A stretch of DNA of 63,190 nt, filler included, from Albugo candida (GCA_040437565.1; 46 parts of 46 records of this genome joined end to end with filler, not necessarily neighbours in it), one strand, 5' to 3'. Counted from the first letter of the whole stretch, positions 26,244 through 39,022 are shown. Notes: a model not told the origin generated them from the sequence alone. Translations and numbers: made by a program.

Positions 26244-29029
26244 CTAAAAAATAAAACATGATAATTAATATGAGGTTTTTATTTTATATAATAATAAAAA
26301 AGTAAACTTACTTGCTAAATATTGGTAGTAAAAGAAAATGAAAAAAAAAGGAAAAAATGAAAAGTAAAAATTTTCCCTCTTTTTATACTTTTTTTGTATG
26401 TAGAACATTTTGTCACACCATATTTTTATGTCAGTCCCGTGAAAAAAAAAAAAAAAAAAAAACTAGTAACTTGATTATTATTCGCAGAGTTTATAAAAGG
26501 TGNNNNNNNNNNNNNNNNNNNNNNNNNNNNNNNNNNNNNNNNNNNNTTAATTAATTAANNNNNNNNNNNNNNNNNNNNNNNNNNNNNNNNNNNNNNNNNN
26601 NNGGAAAGAATAAACAAGTTTGCAAATAAAACACCATGAAATAAAAAATTGAAAAAAAAAATTACATGCTGCTTACGGTATAGTGAGCAACGTACTTTGC
26701 TTACGACTAGAGTTGTGCCCTTTCATTACAGACCTTATTTCTTATTATAATTGCATGGTGTCTTTACTAAATTCTGTTTGTTATTGCATTGTATGTAGCC
26801 TCTGGACAATCGATTGACCAATTTACAGCGTTTAGCGTGCTTAGTCGTAGAAGATCAGTAATACTTTTTTTTTTTTTCAATCAAAGCAACAAGTGCCTCT
26901 TATCATCGTACTTATCTTCTGGAATCGATTGCTCAGTCTAAATAGCCTTATATAAAAGTATATAAGAATCTTCAACAAGCGGAATGTTTGAACATATTAT
27001 CTCCACTGCTAAAAAGAAATCCTCCTCGTACTTTAAAAAGCGGGACGATTTTTCAAAAATGGTACAAAGGAGAGATATAACAATCAATTAGTTTTCATTG
27101 ACAAAGTAAAGAAAATAAGTTGACAAGTACAAAGATGCTTATTAGCTTACTATAATTCTTCTGGCAATAAAACATATACAACCCATTGCGACTACATAAG
27201 GGGTATAGCAAATGTATATAATGTATATAGTAAATGTGTTCCGAAGAAAAATGATTACCCTTATTTTACTATTTAGAGTTCAACAAAAAGCCGTGTACCA
27301 GGTAATTGTAACAATACCCAATCCATTAAAACTGGATTACTGAGTTTATCGGATATATTTGCTTCTATTTTCAAATAAAATCTAACCGTTATAATAGCTC
27401 AAAGTTCTCCGATATAATTACAACAACAAGAGCAAAAACGTGCCTATGTACTCAGCTTTTTTTTTAGGAAGCTATTTCTGCAGTAGAAATTCATGATTTC
27501 TGTAAATTTTTTAAAATAGAACTACCTAGCAACTTCTCTGTTTATTAATAGCTGGTTTGCTACACAAAAAAAAAAGTTATTTTCAATTGAAACAAAACCC
27601 CAAAAGAAATAAAAGGCGTGACTCATTTGTGTAGCATATAAGCGGAGTTTGCCTCAAAAGCATATAATAAAATTGCAACGTTTTTAAACATGTCCTACAA
27701 CAACGCGATGAATCAGAATGCTTGTTGCCAGATGCAATGTCACTTGCTAATATTAGAAAATATTACTTTATTCGGAATATTTTTTTAGCTTTCAGTACCA
27801 GGGAAGATTCGTGTAAAAGTAACAACGAGCTTCTTTAGTTGCGAATTTCACATACTACAACATAGTGCTCTACCAAGCATACNNNNNNNNNNNNNNNNNN
27901 NNNNNNNNNNNNNNNNNNNNNNNNNNTTAATTAATTAANNNNNNNNNNNNNNNNNNNNNNNNNNNNNNNNNNNNNNNNNNNNGAGTGCGTTAATGCTTTC
28001 AGTTGGCAATCATCAGTCATTATATGCCAACGTTGAGTGTTAGTCGTCGTAATTTTTTTGGATTACTTTCTGGATGAAGCAAAGAAGAAAGAAAAGTCGC
28101 TTATTGTATTATTCAATACTCTTTTGTTATTTACAAGGTGATGTCTGTGTCTGTTTATTATGTTGTGAAAATACGAATCAAGGGTGTTATTTGTTTCTTT
28201 TGGTAATAATTCCTCCTCATCAATTATACAAACAGGTATTAAAAGCTTTTTTAGTTTAATAGCCAAAATCAAGGTCAATCGTTACCTCTATACGTGTTTT
28301 GTCTGTTTTTTTCTTTGCTTATATAGCAATGATCCAAGCCGGTGAATTAGTTTAAAAATCAGTTAATATGATTAGTTTGATGTATGTTCTTCATGTTGTA
28401 TGATACTTCTTTACTACTATTGTATATACTGGTTTGAATAACGGTGTGTTGATATTTTTAGTGTCAATTGGAGGGTAATAAATTCCTTTCTTTCAGTCAT
28501 GAACTAAACCTTGTTTTAACAACTCTTTTGTTTTTTTTTATTATAGTATTTTATGTAATTTAGATGAATGTGAATGGACGAAGGAAACAACAATGATGAA
28601 TCGAAGCAACAAGTGCTTTCATACAGGTAATATTCGAGGGAGGTAAATTATATATGTGGTAACAGTAGCTGGTATAAATTTAAAGCAGTACATTTAATAA
28701 AGTAAAGCAGTAGAGTGAAAATGTAACTGGAAAAAAAGAGCTGAACAGTATTGCAATTATTCACACTTTTTACGAGTTAAATAAAAAAATGAAAAGACCA
28801 TGAACTTTGCACTTTCTCTCTTTCCAGTATTCTTACTCACTAGCCAAAATTGACACGCTTGTTTATTACAATCGTTTTTAGTTGTCTTTTATTACAAGTT
28901 TTGTTCTCTTACCTCATTTTGCATTCCAACATTTGTATATTAACAGTTAAAACAGCTTTTATAGTTCTCCATTTTACAACTGGTTGAGATGCTTCATGAC
29001 AATCTAAATGTTAAGCTCTTAGGAATAAA

Positions 29030-29260
29030 ATGTGCAGTTAAATGAACATCTATGCAGAAAAAATGTTCAGTGTCTACACATTCTTGCATGTTTGTGCTGT
29101 TTTCTGAACATTTAAAGAAAAATATAAAAAAATAAAAACCACCGAGGAGATTTTTATGCAGAAATTAGCACAAATATTCACACAAACGCATAAAATATGC
29201 AGTAAACCTCACAAATGTGCAGTAAGTTTGCGCATTTTGATGAATTGTTTCGCCGTAGTG
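29030..29260. mobile_element. CACTA (EnSpm/CMC) element end: TIR plus subterminal repeats
   Basis: The contig ends in TTTCGCCGTAGTG (reverse complement CACTACGGCGAAA); repeated (G/A)TGCAG(T/A) motifs lie upstream. Confidence 0.65.
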
Positions 29261-29737
29261 NNNNNNNNNNNNNNNNNNNNNNNNNNNNNNNNNNNNNNNN
29301 NNNNTTAATTAATTAANNNNNNNNNNNNNNNNNNNNNNNNNNNNNNNNNNNNNNNNNNNNAACAGCAGTTTTTTCATATATTGTTTGTGTCAATGAAAAC
29401 CATGTTAAAGATTTCTTTGCTTTGAACGAACCCAGACCAGCTTGATAGAACTGAAAGAAAAGTGGTTCCCGTTCAGCTAGGTAACCAGACTAAACTTTGT
29501 AATGTGTTTTGATCAACAATAGTAATGGTCTACAAAAACGTTCTCGAGTATAAAAACTATACTAGACTATAATCTAGGCAGTCTTAGTTGCAGTGTGAGC
29601 TATTTAAGGCTGGAGACCCATTCTTGTTGTTATCGTTATGGTGGGAATTCTGACTCGAAGATTGCGAATAGACCACAGAATATTTTTTTGAGAAAGGCGA
29701 ATTTTAAGAAATAAAGTTCTTATATCTTACAGGATAT

Positions 29738-29945
29738 TGTTGAAGAAAGTCTGATAAGATCAGAGGAGTCGGATACGATAAGAAGAGTCAGATAAGATCA
29801 GATCATTTGTAGTGCGAAAAATTAGATTAGAAATAGGTTACTAATAGCATAGAGTAGCGATAGAGAGAATGGTGTATAGGCTGAGGCTATCTTTTTGAGA
29901 ACTAAGGACCGACAAATATAGTCACTTTCGAACTTGAGTACAAGA
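29738..29945 (+). mobile_element. 5' LTR of a Ty1/Copia element
   Basis: TGTTG...CAAGA (near-inverted ends) directly before a PBS and gag; shares AACTAAGGACC..AAATAT..CACTTT with the LTR at about 36745. Confidence 0.65.
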
Positions 29946-29959
29946 GGTTAACAGCCACA
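29946..29959 (+). promoter_or_regulatory. Primer-binding site complementary to the tRNA-Asn(GUU) anticodon arm
   Basis: GGTTAACAGCCACA is the reverse complement of TGTGG-CT-GTT-AA-CC; it lies between the LTR end and the gag ATG (29997). Confidence 0.7.
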
Positions 29960-29996
29960 ACTCTTGTTTTTCTCAAAACTACCAACTCTAGCAAAA

Positions 29997-30635
29997 ATGG
30001 ATATATTGAGAGAAGACAATTACTTAGGCTGAGACTTCAGTGCTCGAATGCAGCTGCTGCGTAAGGGGTTGCTAGACCACAAAAACCCGGTAAAAACCCC
30101 AAGCGAGGATGACAGAGCGTGGAGATTTGGAAGGTCAAAGACATGAAGGCGTTTGCGATCATTTCGACCATGATCAGCCCCAACTTACAGTCTATGGTTA
30201 GATCAGCATGCAGTGCTACTCAAGCATGGAACATCTTGGAGAACTTTTTCTTGACGCGCTCCTTGCACAACAGGATCCAGAAGAAGTGGGAGTTACATGA
30301 GTTCAAGATGAACGCAGCTGGTGGTAGTACTTGGAAGCATGTTCGAAGATTTCGACCAGATTATCAAGATCATGGAGAATGTTCCAGGGATGGACATGTT
30401 TCAAGCGAAGAAAATGCTTCTTCGCGAATCAGAAAGCATCGGGGCCAAGGAAAAGCATGGCATGGCACTCAAAGCGCAGTATAAGCGGCAAAGCAAAGGT
30501 CGAGCAAATAGGCCGAACAGGAATACAGCGAAGTTCGAGGGAAAGTGTTTCCGGTGTAACAAGTATGGTCACAAACAAGCGGATTGTTGGAGAAGTAACA
30601 AGGCCGACAGCGAGGAAGCCCATGCATTCACAATT
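29997..30635 (+). pseudogene. Ty1/Copia gag (Retrotran_gag_2/UBN2 plus CCHC knuckle), degraded
   Basis: ILREDNY..RMQLLRKGLLDH; WKVKDMKAFAII..AWNILE; CFRCNKYGHKQADC; stop, frameshifts and an internal deletion. Confidence 0.88.
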
Positions 30636-30735
30636 NNNNNNNNNNNNNNNNNNNNNNNNNNNNNNNNNNNNNNNNNNNNTTAATTAATTAANNNNNNNNN
30701 NNNNNNNNNNNNNNNNNNNNNNNNNNNNNNNNNNN

Positions 30736-31900
30736 TATTGTAATAAACTACTGCAGGATACCTTTTTTTATATTTTACCGAATTTTTTAAAACATGTAAA
30801 TATGGATAATGAATAGGCGTCATGTCATTCGAATATTCAATTTTTAAGAATATGCTATCATTTGTTGTTGTTGTTGTTGTTGTTCCATATTGATAAAAAT
30901 GTTTTACATATCTAAACATATCATCTTCTCTTGATATTTTACCAAACAAATCAAAATTGTTCATTTTTGAAATATATTTATAGAATTTTATTAGTACTGA
31001 AGTTGATAATTCAAATTCTGGTTGATGCCTTGAAGCAATAAAGATTGGGTTAAATAATTTTACAACGAGATTGTTTAAATTAGGAAACTTGTGCATTAGA
31101 TACTGAATTGAAGCGTCAGTTACAATAATATTTGATCCTACAAATGATTTGACTCTAGAAAGTATAACTACTGGGGCCAAGTTGTTATTATTATTATCAA
31201 CCACTCTCTCAACAAAATTGTTATTATAAACAGTGTATGTTAGATGAGTGACTGTTGGAGAACATTTGTTTATAATATTTTCTAGCTCAAATACGTTTTT
31301 ATGCGTCAATACAAGCATTTCTAAATCCTCTAATACAGAAAACGAATCTAGCTGATTTACCAGTGTATTATTTTCTATTGCATCCCCATTTGCTTTTATG
31401 TTTCCAATGTAAAGGCGTTTTATTGACTTTTGTAATGTTAATACAGTTTTTATATAATATTGCATATCTTGATGATTTGTTGGTCTTGGTATCTCTTGCA
31501 AGAATTTTAAATAATATCGATTTTTTTCAATCGTTTGATAAAATGGAAATTTTGAATCATGTTGAGCAGAAAGAACTTCAAGATTTGGACAAAGCTTTAT
31601 TAAACTTTCAAAGGTATACACTGTACCTTGTCGGTGAGTAAATTCCATTAAAAAAAAGGTTTCCATATTAATTCTTTTCACTAGTTTTCCTCGATAAGAA
31701 GCCTTTTTAAATAGCTTAATCAATTTTTCTGCAGTTGAAATCTTTCCACCTTCAATAGTAATAGCTTTATAAAATTGTTCTTGTGAAGCTTTATACCAAG
31801 TTGAACAAGTTAATTGTAATTGAGCAAGATCAGTTTTACAATCGACATGAGAAAAGATGAGCAAAAGTATTTCGTATGGTAAATGTATCCAAGAATTCAT
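30736..31900 (-). CDS. F-box protein with RNI/LRR-like region (3' partial)
   Basis: WIHLPYEILLLIFSHV..LQLTCSTW F-box; LIKLCPNLEVL and KFPNLNNL repeats; resembles the expanded Mucorales family. Confidence 0.85.
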
Positions 31901-32356
31901 CGTGTGTGTGTGTGTGTAAATAGTATAATAATAAAGGGTTAAAGCAACAACCATAAATGGTCCAATATTTATTGTAACATAATAAATGTATTACTTTTAG
32001 CCATGATCCANNNNNNNNNNNNNNNNNNNNNNNNNNNNNNNNNNNNNNNNNNNNTTAATTAATTAANNNNNNNNNNNNNNNNNNNNNNNNNNNNNNNNNN
32101 NNNNNNNNNNACTGCCGGATTCACATACCAACCATTCATACTGTAGCATGAGCAGCAAATAGCGAATAAATATGCGAACGTATGGCATAATGCTTTTAAG
32201 TTTATGCGGACTTGATATGCAACTTGTTACTCAAATATTTTCATTCAGACGAGTTCATTGACTATGTTTAGATTATCTACCGATGAGACATCGCTATCGA
32301 CCATGCGGCTGCGTCACGTTTCGCAATTTACGCACAGTGACTACGATGTGAAAGAA

Positions 32357-32429
32357 TATCAGTGGAGGGGATTGAACCCTCGATCTTAAGCGTGTTAAGC
32401 TTACGTCCTAACCACTAGACGACACTGAC
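32357..32429 (-). tRNA. tRNA-Val(AAC)
   Basis: Cloverleaf: GTCAGTG/CACTGAT acceptor stem, TAAGC-TT-AAC-AC-GCTTA anticodon arm, GAGGG-TTCAATC-CCCTC T arm. Confidence 0.95.
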
Positions 32430-33162
32430 CGTTATAACTTTCGGTGAAACGATGTTAACACAAGCAATCTACTACGAAGAACAACGTAATTACCAAATGC
32501 TTTCTTGTTACCTTAGCCGGAGAAGCATCAAAGATCCCCAATGTGTCTTGTGCGCCCAATTTCACATATCAAAGTAGTGATTCTTTGCGCCCTCTTCCCT
32601 CTGCGGTTCTATGCTTTACTTTGCGAGAGTGAATAATCTTCGTGCAGATTACCAAATTACCGATTTATACTCCGACGACGTCATCATGTCAGTTGTAAAC
32701 AGGTTTCGACATTTCAAAATCATCTTCGGGTGCACATCTATCGCACAAAATATAATCTCGATATAAGCAATGCGATTATACAATGGTTGGGATGTATTTC
32801 GTACTCATGAAGTGATGATGAATATAAATGCTAGGTGGTAGCTTGGTCAGCCTTCCTTAGGTTTTGATGAGGATACCGGTGATTTCGAATCTACACTACC
32901 ATCATAATCCTGTTCTACTGTTCTTTTTATGACAAGTCTGTTGTGCTTTGTGCATTCTTCATCCCCTATCTTTCCAAAAGGACCGCATGGACCTGATAAC
33001 GTATGCGCTTCTGCTGTTCATGAATGCATGTACAAGTATCAAGTCTAATATGGTGTATCGAATACTGTGATTTTTGTGCAGTAAAATAAATTGGCTTGTT
33101 TACGCATGTACGAAAGTAGCTTTCTGTTTCTAAATGTTCTTAGACTGTGATGTGTAGTAAAA

Positions 33163-33235
33163 GCGCGGTTGGCGCAATGGATAGCGTATCAGACTTCGAA
33201 TCTGGGGGTTGCGGGTTCGAGTCCCGCATCGCGTA
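33163..33235 (+). tRNA. tRNA-Arg(TCG)
   Basis: GCGCGGT/ATCGCGT acceptor stem, TCAGA-CT-TCG-AA-TCTGG anticodon arm, GCGGG-TTCGAGT-CCCGC T arm. Confidence 0.95.
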
Positions 33236-33733
33236 CATTTTGCATGTTCAACACTATATCGTCCGTCCCCCAATCGCTTGCCCTGGGTACTTTGAATGCT
33301 ACATATAACCTTCTCGACCGAGTTGTATGACATCGTAGTTGAACGGAACAAGGGGAATAGACCACAAACTGAAGTGCCATTCGGNNNNNNNNNNNNNNNN
33401 NNNNNNNNNNNNNNNNNNNNNNNNNNNNTTAATTAATTAANNNNNNNNNNNNNNNNNNNNNNNNNNNNNNNNNNNNNNNNNNNNAAATAGAACAAGGATG
33501 GACTCATGCGTCATCAACAAACGACAACCACGGCGTAGGATTTATTACGGTTTCGATACTAAAGTCAATTCGAAAAAGCGATCAACACTGTCATGGCGTT
33601 GTCCAATGTTTGGGGTTGCTGATCTGGCCGTCGCCTTCTCTGAGCCAATCACTCGTACCGATGATATCCGTAGCCTTTATTTAAATTTGCTCACTTTTGA
33701 ATTTCCTTTTCTCAATAAGTTGCAATCGATACC

Positions 33734-34183
33734 ATGAAGACTATAGCGACTCAGTCTTATCTGTTTATACAGATTATGGGCTTCATTCTCAAGTCAGAAG
33801 GAAACTGCCCCGTCACTGATACTATGTATTGTAAAATGGGTACCTTGAGGCAAGAACCTAATAATTATTTGTCACCCATCCCTGGCTGGCATTTCGATTG
33901 CCTCACCGTAAGCAGGAACACTCAAGTACAGATGTATGTACCAAAAAATCCAACACAAGGAGATTTGGGAACGTGTACAAATCTGCGCATTCATTTTGCG
34001 AACGACATGATGCTTCTTGATACAAGCGTTACTGCAGTCAATGATGCTATCGACATTCCTATCAAGGACATGAATGCACAGATGTGCTGGGGCCAATACT
34101 TAGAGTCTGCTTCTTTCGGCGGGATAGTGGGCAAAACAGTTGAATTTCTTCGCTCGAATTGGAAAATGATGGACTGGCCGTAA
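33734..34183 (+). CDS. Small putatively secreted Cys-containing protein (149 aa)
   Basis: Complete ORF; hydrophobic N-terminus YLFIQIMGFIL..SEG; five Cys; no recognised domain. Confidence 0.5.
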   Translation: MKTIATQSYLFIQIMGFILKSEGNCPVTDTMYCKMGTLRQEPNNYLSPIPGWHFDCLTVSRNTQVQMYVPKNPTQGDLGTCTNLRIHFANDMMLLDTSVTAVNDAIDIPIKDMNAQMCWGQYLESASFGGIVGKTVEFLRSNWKMMDWP

Positions 34184-34855
34184 CTGAGCAGTAGCACAAT
34201 CATCTGAAAGCACAACGGACTGATATTCAATTTGGTTTTGTGACGAAATCATTCAACGAGACGGATGATAAACTGACGTTAGAGGTAATAGTTCCAGATG
34301 GACTAATATATGGAAGACGGGATGGTCCTATGCATTGGGATGGAAAATGATGCAGAAAGCTGGGATTCAACTGATGAAACAAGGCAGCAATTTTATGGTA
34401 AGGTATGTGGGAGGCTCCACTGTCACTCCATCTGACTCCAAACCGAAAAAACGTACGTTTGACTCATTTACCTGATACTTACTTTGGCAGTGTCGAGGTT
34501 GACGGCAAGATAAAGTTCTTCTCATACATGATGATTACCACCTTACTTCATTTTCCATTATCTTTGTACAACGACTGTCCTACACTCGATTTTGCCCCAT
34601 CGGATCTTCTATGTTTCTTCCGCTTTGAAAATGAATTAGACGAGGCTGGATCCGCGAGATTATTCCTGAGAACACTCCGTTTTTTACATCATGATGTGAT
34701 GATAAAGAAGCTGCAGCGAGGCTAAAACACTTAAGACTTGCGGAACACCACTTATNNNNNNNNNNNNNNNNNNNNNNNNNNNNNNNNNNNNNNNNNNNNT
34801 TAATTAATTAANNNNNNNNNNNNNNNNNNNNNNNNNNNNNNNNNNNNNNNNNNNN

Positions 34856-36125
34856 CGTGTACTTTCGTATGCCCTCCGCCCAAGATTTGTATGGGAATCA
34901 AATGTCTTCAAAGCACGCTGCTAATAGGTAATATATATCACGACATCCTTTAAAAGCATCATCTAATGTATCAACTCTTTATAGATATTTTGTAGAGGAA
35001 GGCGTCTTCTATGGCCCAGGACATGGTATGGTCTGTCAAAACGGAGAAGAAATGGCTATGGTGTATAGTAATGACAATTTGCCTAATGGGGAAATTCGCG
35101 GCTTGGTGTGGAGATGCACTAAGCATGGGTGCTGCAACCAAAGCAGAGTTTCTGTTCGTCACCAGTCTTTCTTTGCGTTCAAAAGAGCTCCTTTGACGAC
35201 TCAATTTATGGTTCTTTACTTCTGGTTAGCCAAATGCAGCAACGAGACTATCAACATGATCACCGGTGCTCATGCTCGTACTATCAGAGAACTAATTATT
35301 GATTTTCAATATATGATGGAGGCCGATGTCAGAGATGGTGACATTCGAATTGGTATGTTCATGAATAATGGCATGTACAACTGTAAGATAATAATATAAT
35401 TTATACTATTATTAGGCGGGCCTGGAATTATTGTGGAGATCGATGAGTCGAAGTTTGGTAAGAGAAAGTATCACCGTGGTGCTCGTGTTGATGGTGTGTG
35501 GGTCGTTGGTGGTGTCGAAAGAACTGATGAAAGAAAAGTTTTTTTGACAACTGTCGTTAACAGAACTTCAGATACGATGAGGGGTATCATTGAACAATTC
35601 GTATTACCAGGTTCAATCATCCATACCGATTGCTGGAGGGCCTATAACGTAATTGAGCAAATGGGTAGAAACTATACGCATTACACTGTAAATCACTCTG
35701 AAGGCTTCTTGGAATTCAACAACGGTGTACCCATTCATACCAACACTATTGAAGGTAAACTTTACTGTTCATTACAGAATAAAACATCACTTATTTACAA
35801 CTTTATTTATCATTATAGGCACTTGGTTGGGTATCAAATTGAGATGTTTTCCTAGACATCGCACCAAAAAGAACATGCCTTGGAAACTGGTGGAGTTTAT
35901 CTGGCGTAGAAAACACTTTGGTAACATCTTCGGTGGAATGATTACTACCTTGCGCGAGGTCACTTTGGGAAGAGAACGCCATGACCCTGAGTGGGCTCAT
36001 TACACTCCTTATAGTGAAAGAAACGAAGTAGAAACTGAAGAAGTAGATGAAGAGCAAATTGGTGATCCAGTAGAAGAAGTTGAAGAAGTAATTGAAGAAG
36101 TAGAAGAAAATCCTGAAGAAGTAGA
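34856..36125 (+). mobile_element. Merlin (IS1595/ISXO2-like) DDE transposase with three introns
   Basis: Spliced product gives IGGPGIIVEIDESKFGKRKYHRG, IHTDCWRAY, HTNTIEGTW; GT-AG introns at 34928-34984, 35353-35415 and 35755-35818. Confidence 0.95.
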
Positions 36126-36443
36126 NNNNNNNNNNNNNNNNNNNNNNNNNNNNNNNNNNNNNNNNNNNNTTAATTAATTAANNNNNNNNNNNNNNNNNNN
36201 NNNNNNNNNNNNNNNNNNNNNNNNNATTGCGACCAAGCAATTTCAAAATCTTGTCGGCAATCCTGGATTAGAAATTCCAAGTCGAGGGGGAGTGTTACGC
36301 AAAACAGTCCTGACTCTATGTAGAGGCTTTTAGAAGAATTCTCTGAGAACATTCAGGGAAGTTCTTGATCATAACACATGAAGATTACTAATGTGAGTCA
36401 TGTTACAAATGTAAGTAACGTTGGTAACATTACTTTAAAGAAT

Positions 36444-36809
36444 AGTTGGAATAAGGCTTAGATTAGCTAATAGTGAACTAAGGAACTTAATATTAAGATC
36501 ACTTTCATATTTTCTTCTTTGCACACAAGACTTAATAATGTAGATGTTGGCATCATTTCAGTTCTCTTATGTCGCAATGAAATCAGCCAATGATAAGATC
36601 GGAAAAGGGTTCCGCCAATCGGATGCTGATATTTGAGGTCAAGAAACAATGTAAAGACAGTGCATCATATTCCACCAATCGAGATTGATACAGCGGAGCT
36701 TATAAGACAATGCGTAAAGGCTAGGGCTTAGAATAGTAACAACAACTAAGGACCCTAAAATATCCACTTTCTATTTTACCAACGAAAACAACAACAGGTC
36801 ATGGGCCCA
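36444..36809 (+). mobile_element. Copia 5' LTR (start uncertain) and half-tRNA-iMet PBS
   Basis: ...CAACA|GGTCATGGGCCCA (36797-36809), one mismatch from the copia-type PBS GGTTATGGGCCCA. Confidence 0.75.
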
Positions 36810-36859
36810 AGCTCACTCGAATTGAGATCCAGCGTCAGTCGTAAATACAGTCTTGAATA

Positions 36860-37493
36860 ATGAACGATCCAACAGCGATACTCAATGAAGATAATTAATA
36901 TTTCGTTTGGGAATTTAATACTCGACTCAAGCTGATGAAGACAGGTCTGTTGGACCACATTGATGCAACTAAAGTACCAATTGCTGAAAATCAAGTCCCT
37001 GAATGATGGAGAGTCACTGACTTGTAAAAAAGGCATTCGATACAATATCGATATCAATCGGTATAAGTTTTCAATCATTGATCAGGAATGCTCGTACAGC
37101 CTCCGAAGTGTGGGAAATACTGCAAAGCTTTCATCTGATAAGGAACATCCATAATCGTGTGCAAAAGAAAAAGGAATTACACCAGTTTAAGCTTGTCAAA
37201 ATTGGAAATATAATGCACCACTTTCAAAACTTTGATGATTTATGCCTATCAATGGAAGCATTGGGTGATGGTATGAGCGAGGACGAAAAGTTGGTAATAT
37301 TGCTGGGACGTCTATCGGATGAATATGATCAGATAAGTAAGATCATTGAAAACATTCAAGCGATCAATATTTTACAGGCTAAAGAAATGCTCCGCAGAGA
37401 GCTTGAAGGACTACAAAGAAAGGAAGCTAATGAAGTGGCGTTGCGTGCTACGAAGTACAAGAACAAAGGTCCCCATAGAGAATGGAATGGGAT
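36860..37493 (+). pseudogene. Ty1/Copia gag, degraded
   Basis: ILNEDN*YFVWEFNTRLKLMKTGLLDH; SEVWEILQ..HNRVQKKKELHQFK; EKLVILLGRLSDEY; homologous to the gag at 29997. Confidence 0.88.
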
Positions 37494-37593
37494 NNNNNNN
37501 NNNNNNNNNNNNNNNNNNNNNNNNNNNNNNNNNNNNNTTAATTAATTAANNNNNNNNNNNNNNNNNNNNNNNNNNNNNNNNNNNNNNNNNNNN

Positions 37594-38861
37594 TGTTAAT
37601 TATAGACGACGATGACATATATGACGATGACGAAGAATACGAGGAAGAAGACTACACCCATCTTCCCCAAATCAACAGTTTAAAACAAGAAGAAAGTGAT
37701 TCATCCGCATCAGATTTAGAACATATTCAATACATCAATACGGTTAGAAAGACTCGTCCGCTTCCTCAGATTCCTCAAAGAACTACATCCAAGGAGCTGC
37801 CTAAAAATATGACAGAAGTTTTTGCTGATAGTTTTAAAAATCAAAACAAATTAACTGCTCAGCAATTGTTCGAAATTATGTGTAACAATAGAGTTGACGA
37901 CGATGCACCAGAAGAGGAGTATGATGATGTTAACGAAGAACTTGACGAAGAAGAAGACTATTATGATGGAGTTTATGCATTTAAAACCCAAGTACCTTCA
38001 CCTGAAATTTCAAAAAGAGATCCTATAGTATACTCACCTTATCACCATTATGATCATTTCCACGCACATGCCTACAAGATGATGACTCCAGTAGAAGAAG
38101 TGGATGAAGAAGACCAACTATACGCCGATTATAAATTTGAAGAAGAACAACAAAATGAAGAGCTATCTACCACTCCATTAGAAGCATTGAATCCTTCAGC
38201 TTGCAAAGATGATAGTTTGCGTCCTCAATCCGAACTTTACCTCTCTGCACCTAGTCTTACTAGTGGCTGCACATCGCCATCATCATGTCGCTCAGTAGAG
38301 TCTATTCATAGAGATGATTCAGATTGCAATGACGTAGAGTACTATAATGAAGAACGGAGTCTCGACATGCAGCAACAACAACAAGAGGAGTGTGAATTAC
38401 AACAATATCAAAACCCGCAGCAGCAAGACAATCAGCCTCAAAGTCTCGATGATGACTACTTCAATGAAAAAAGACCAAATCAAAACAATGACCACTTTGA
38501 AACATCACTTGTATCTGACGTCCAAAGACTTTCTCAACTTAATCAAGCATTAATGACTCCAGTTCTTTCAAACAGCGAGATAATCACACATAACCACACC
38601 GAATCAATGCCATCTTTACAACAGACAAAGCCGCCTATTATAGAGAGAACAGTGTCATTTACCACTGAATATAGAAATTCCAAAGCATCTTCACCTTCAG
38701 CAATGACATCCTTTAGTTTGACTCACGATAAAGAAGCTATTAAAACATATCGTCGTATGGCCACTAAAACTCATGATAAAAATGTTCAATTTACATATGC
38801 CAAATATCTTTTGCAACTTGTATCACTTTATAACACCAACTCAAAAGTCAATATCGAAAAC
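37594..38861 (+). CDS. Acidic low-complexity N-terminus leading into a Sel1-repeat (Chs4/Skt5-like) region, partial
   Basis: Open across the contig; ends with EAIKTYRRMATKTHDKNVQFTYAKYLL, the segment preceding Sel1 repeats in fungal chitin-synthase activators. Confidence 0.6.
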
Positions 38862-38961
38862 NNNNNNNNNNNNNNNNNNNNNNNNNNNNNNNNNNNNNNN
38901 NNNNNTTAATTAATTAANNNNNNNNNNNNNNNNNNNNNNNNNNNNNNNNNNNNNNNNNNNN

Positions 38962-39022
38962 GGGTGGGTGCGGGTGGGTGTTGGGTGGCGGGTGGGTGTG
39001 GGTCGGTGGGGGTGGGGTGGGT
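38962..39022 (+). repeat. GGGT-rich tract (potential G-quadruplex)
   Basis: More than 10 GGG runs with short loops in 61 nt. Confidence 0.8.

Noticed and set aside
33130-33380. Minus-strand ORFs of 63-73 aa
   Set aside because: Antisense shadows of tRNA-Arg.
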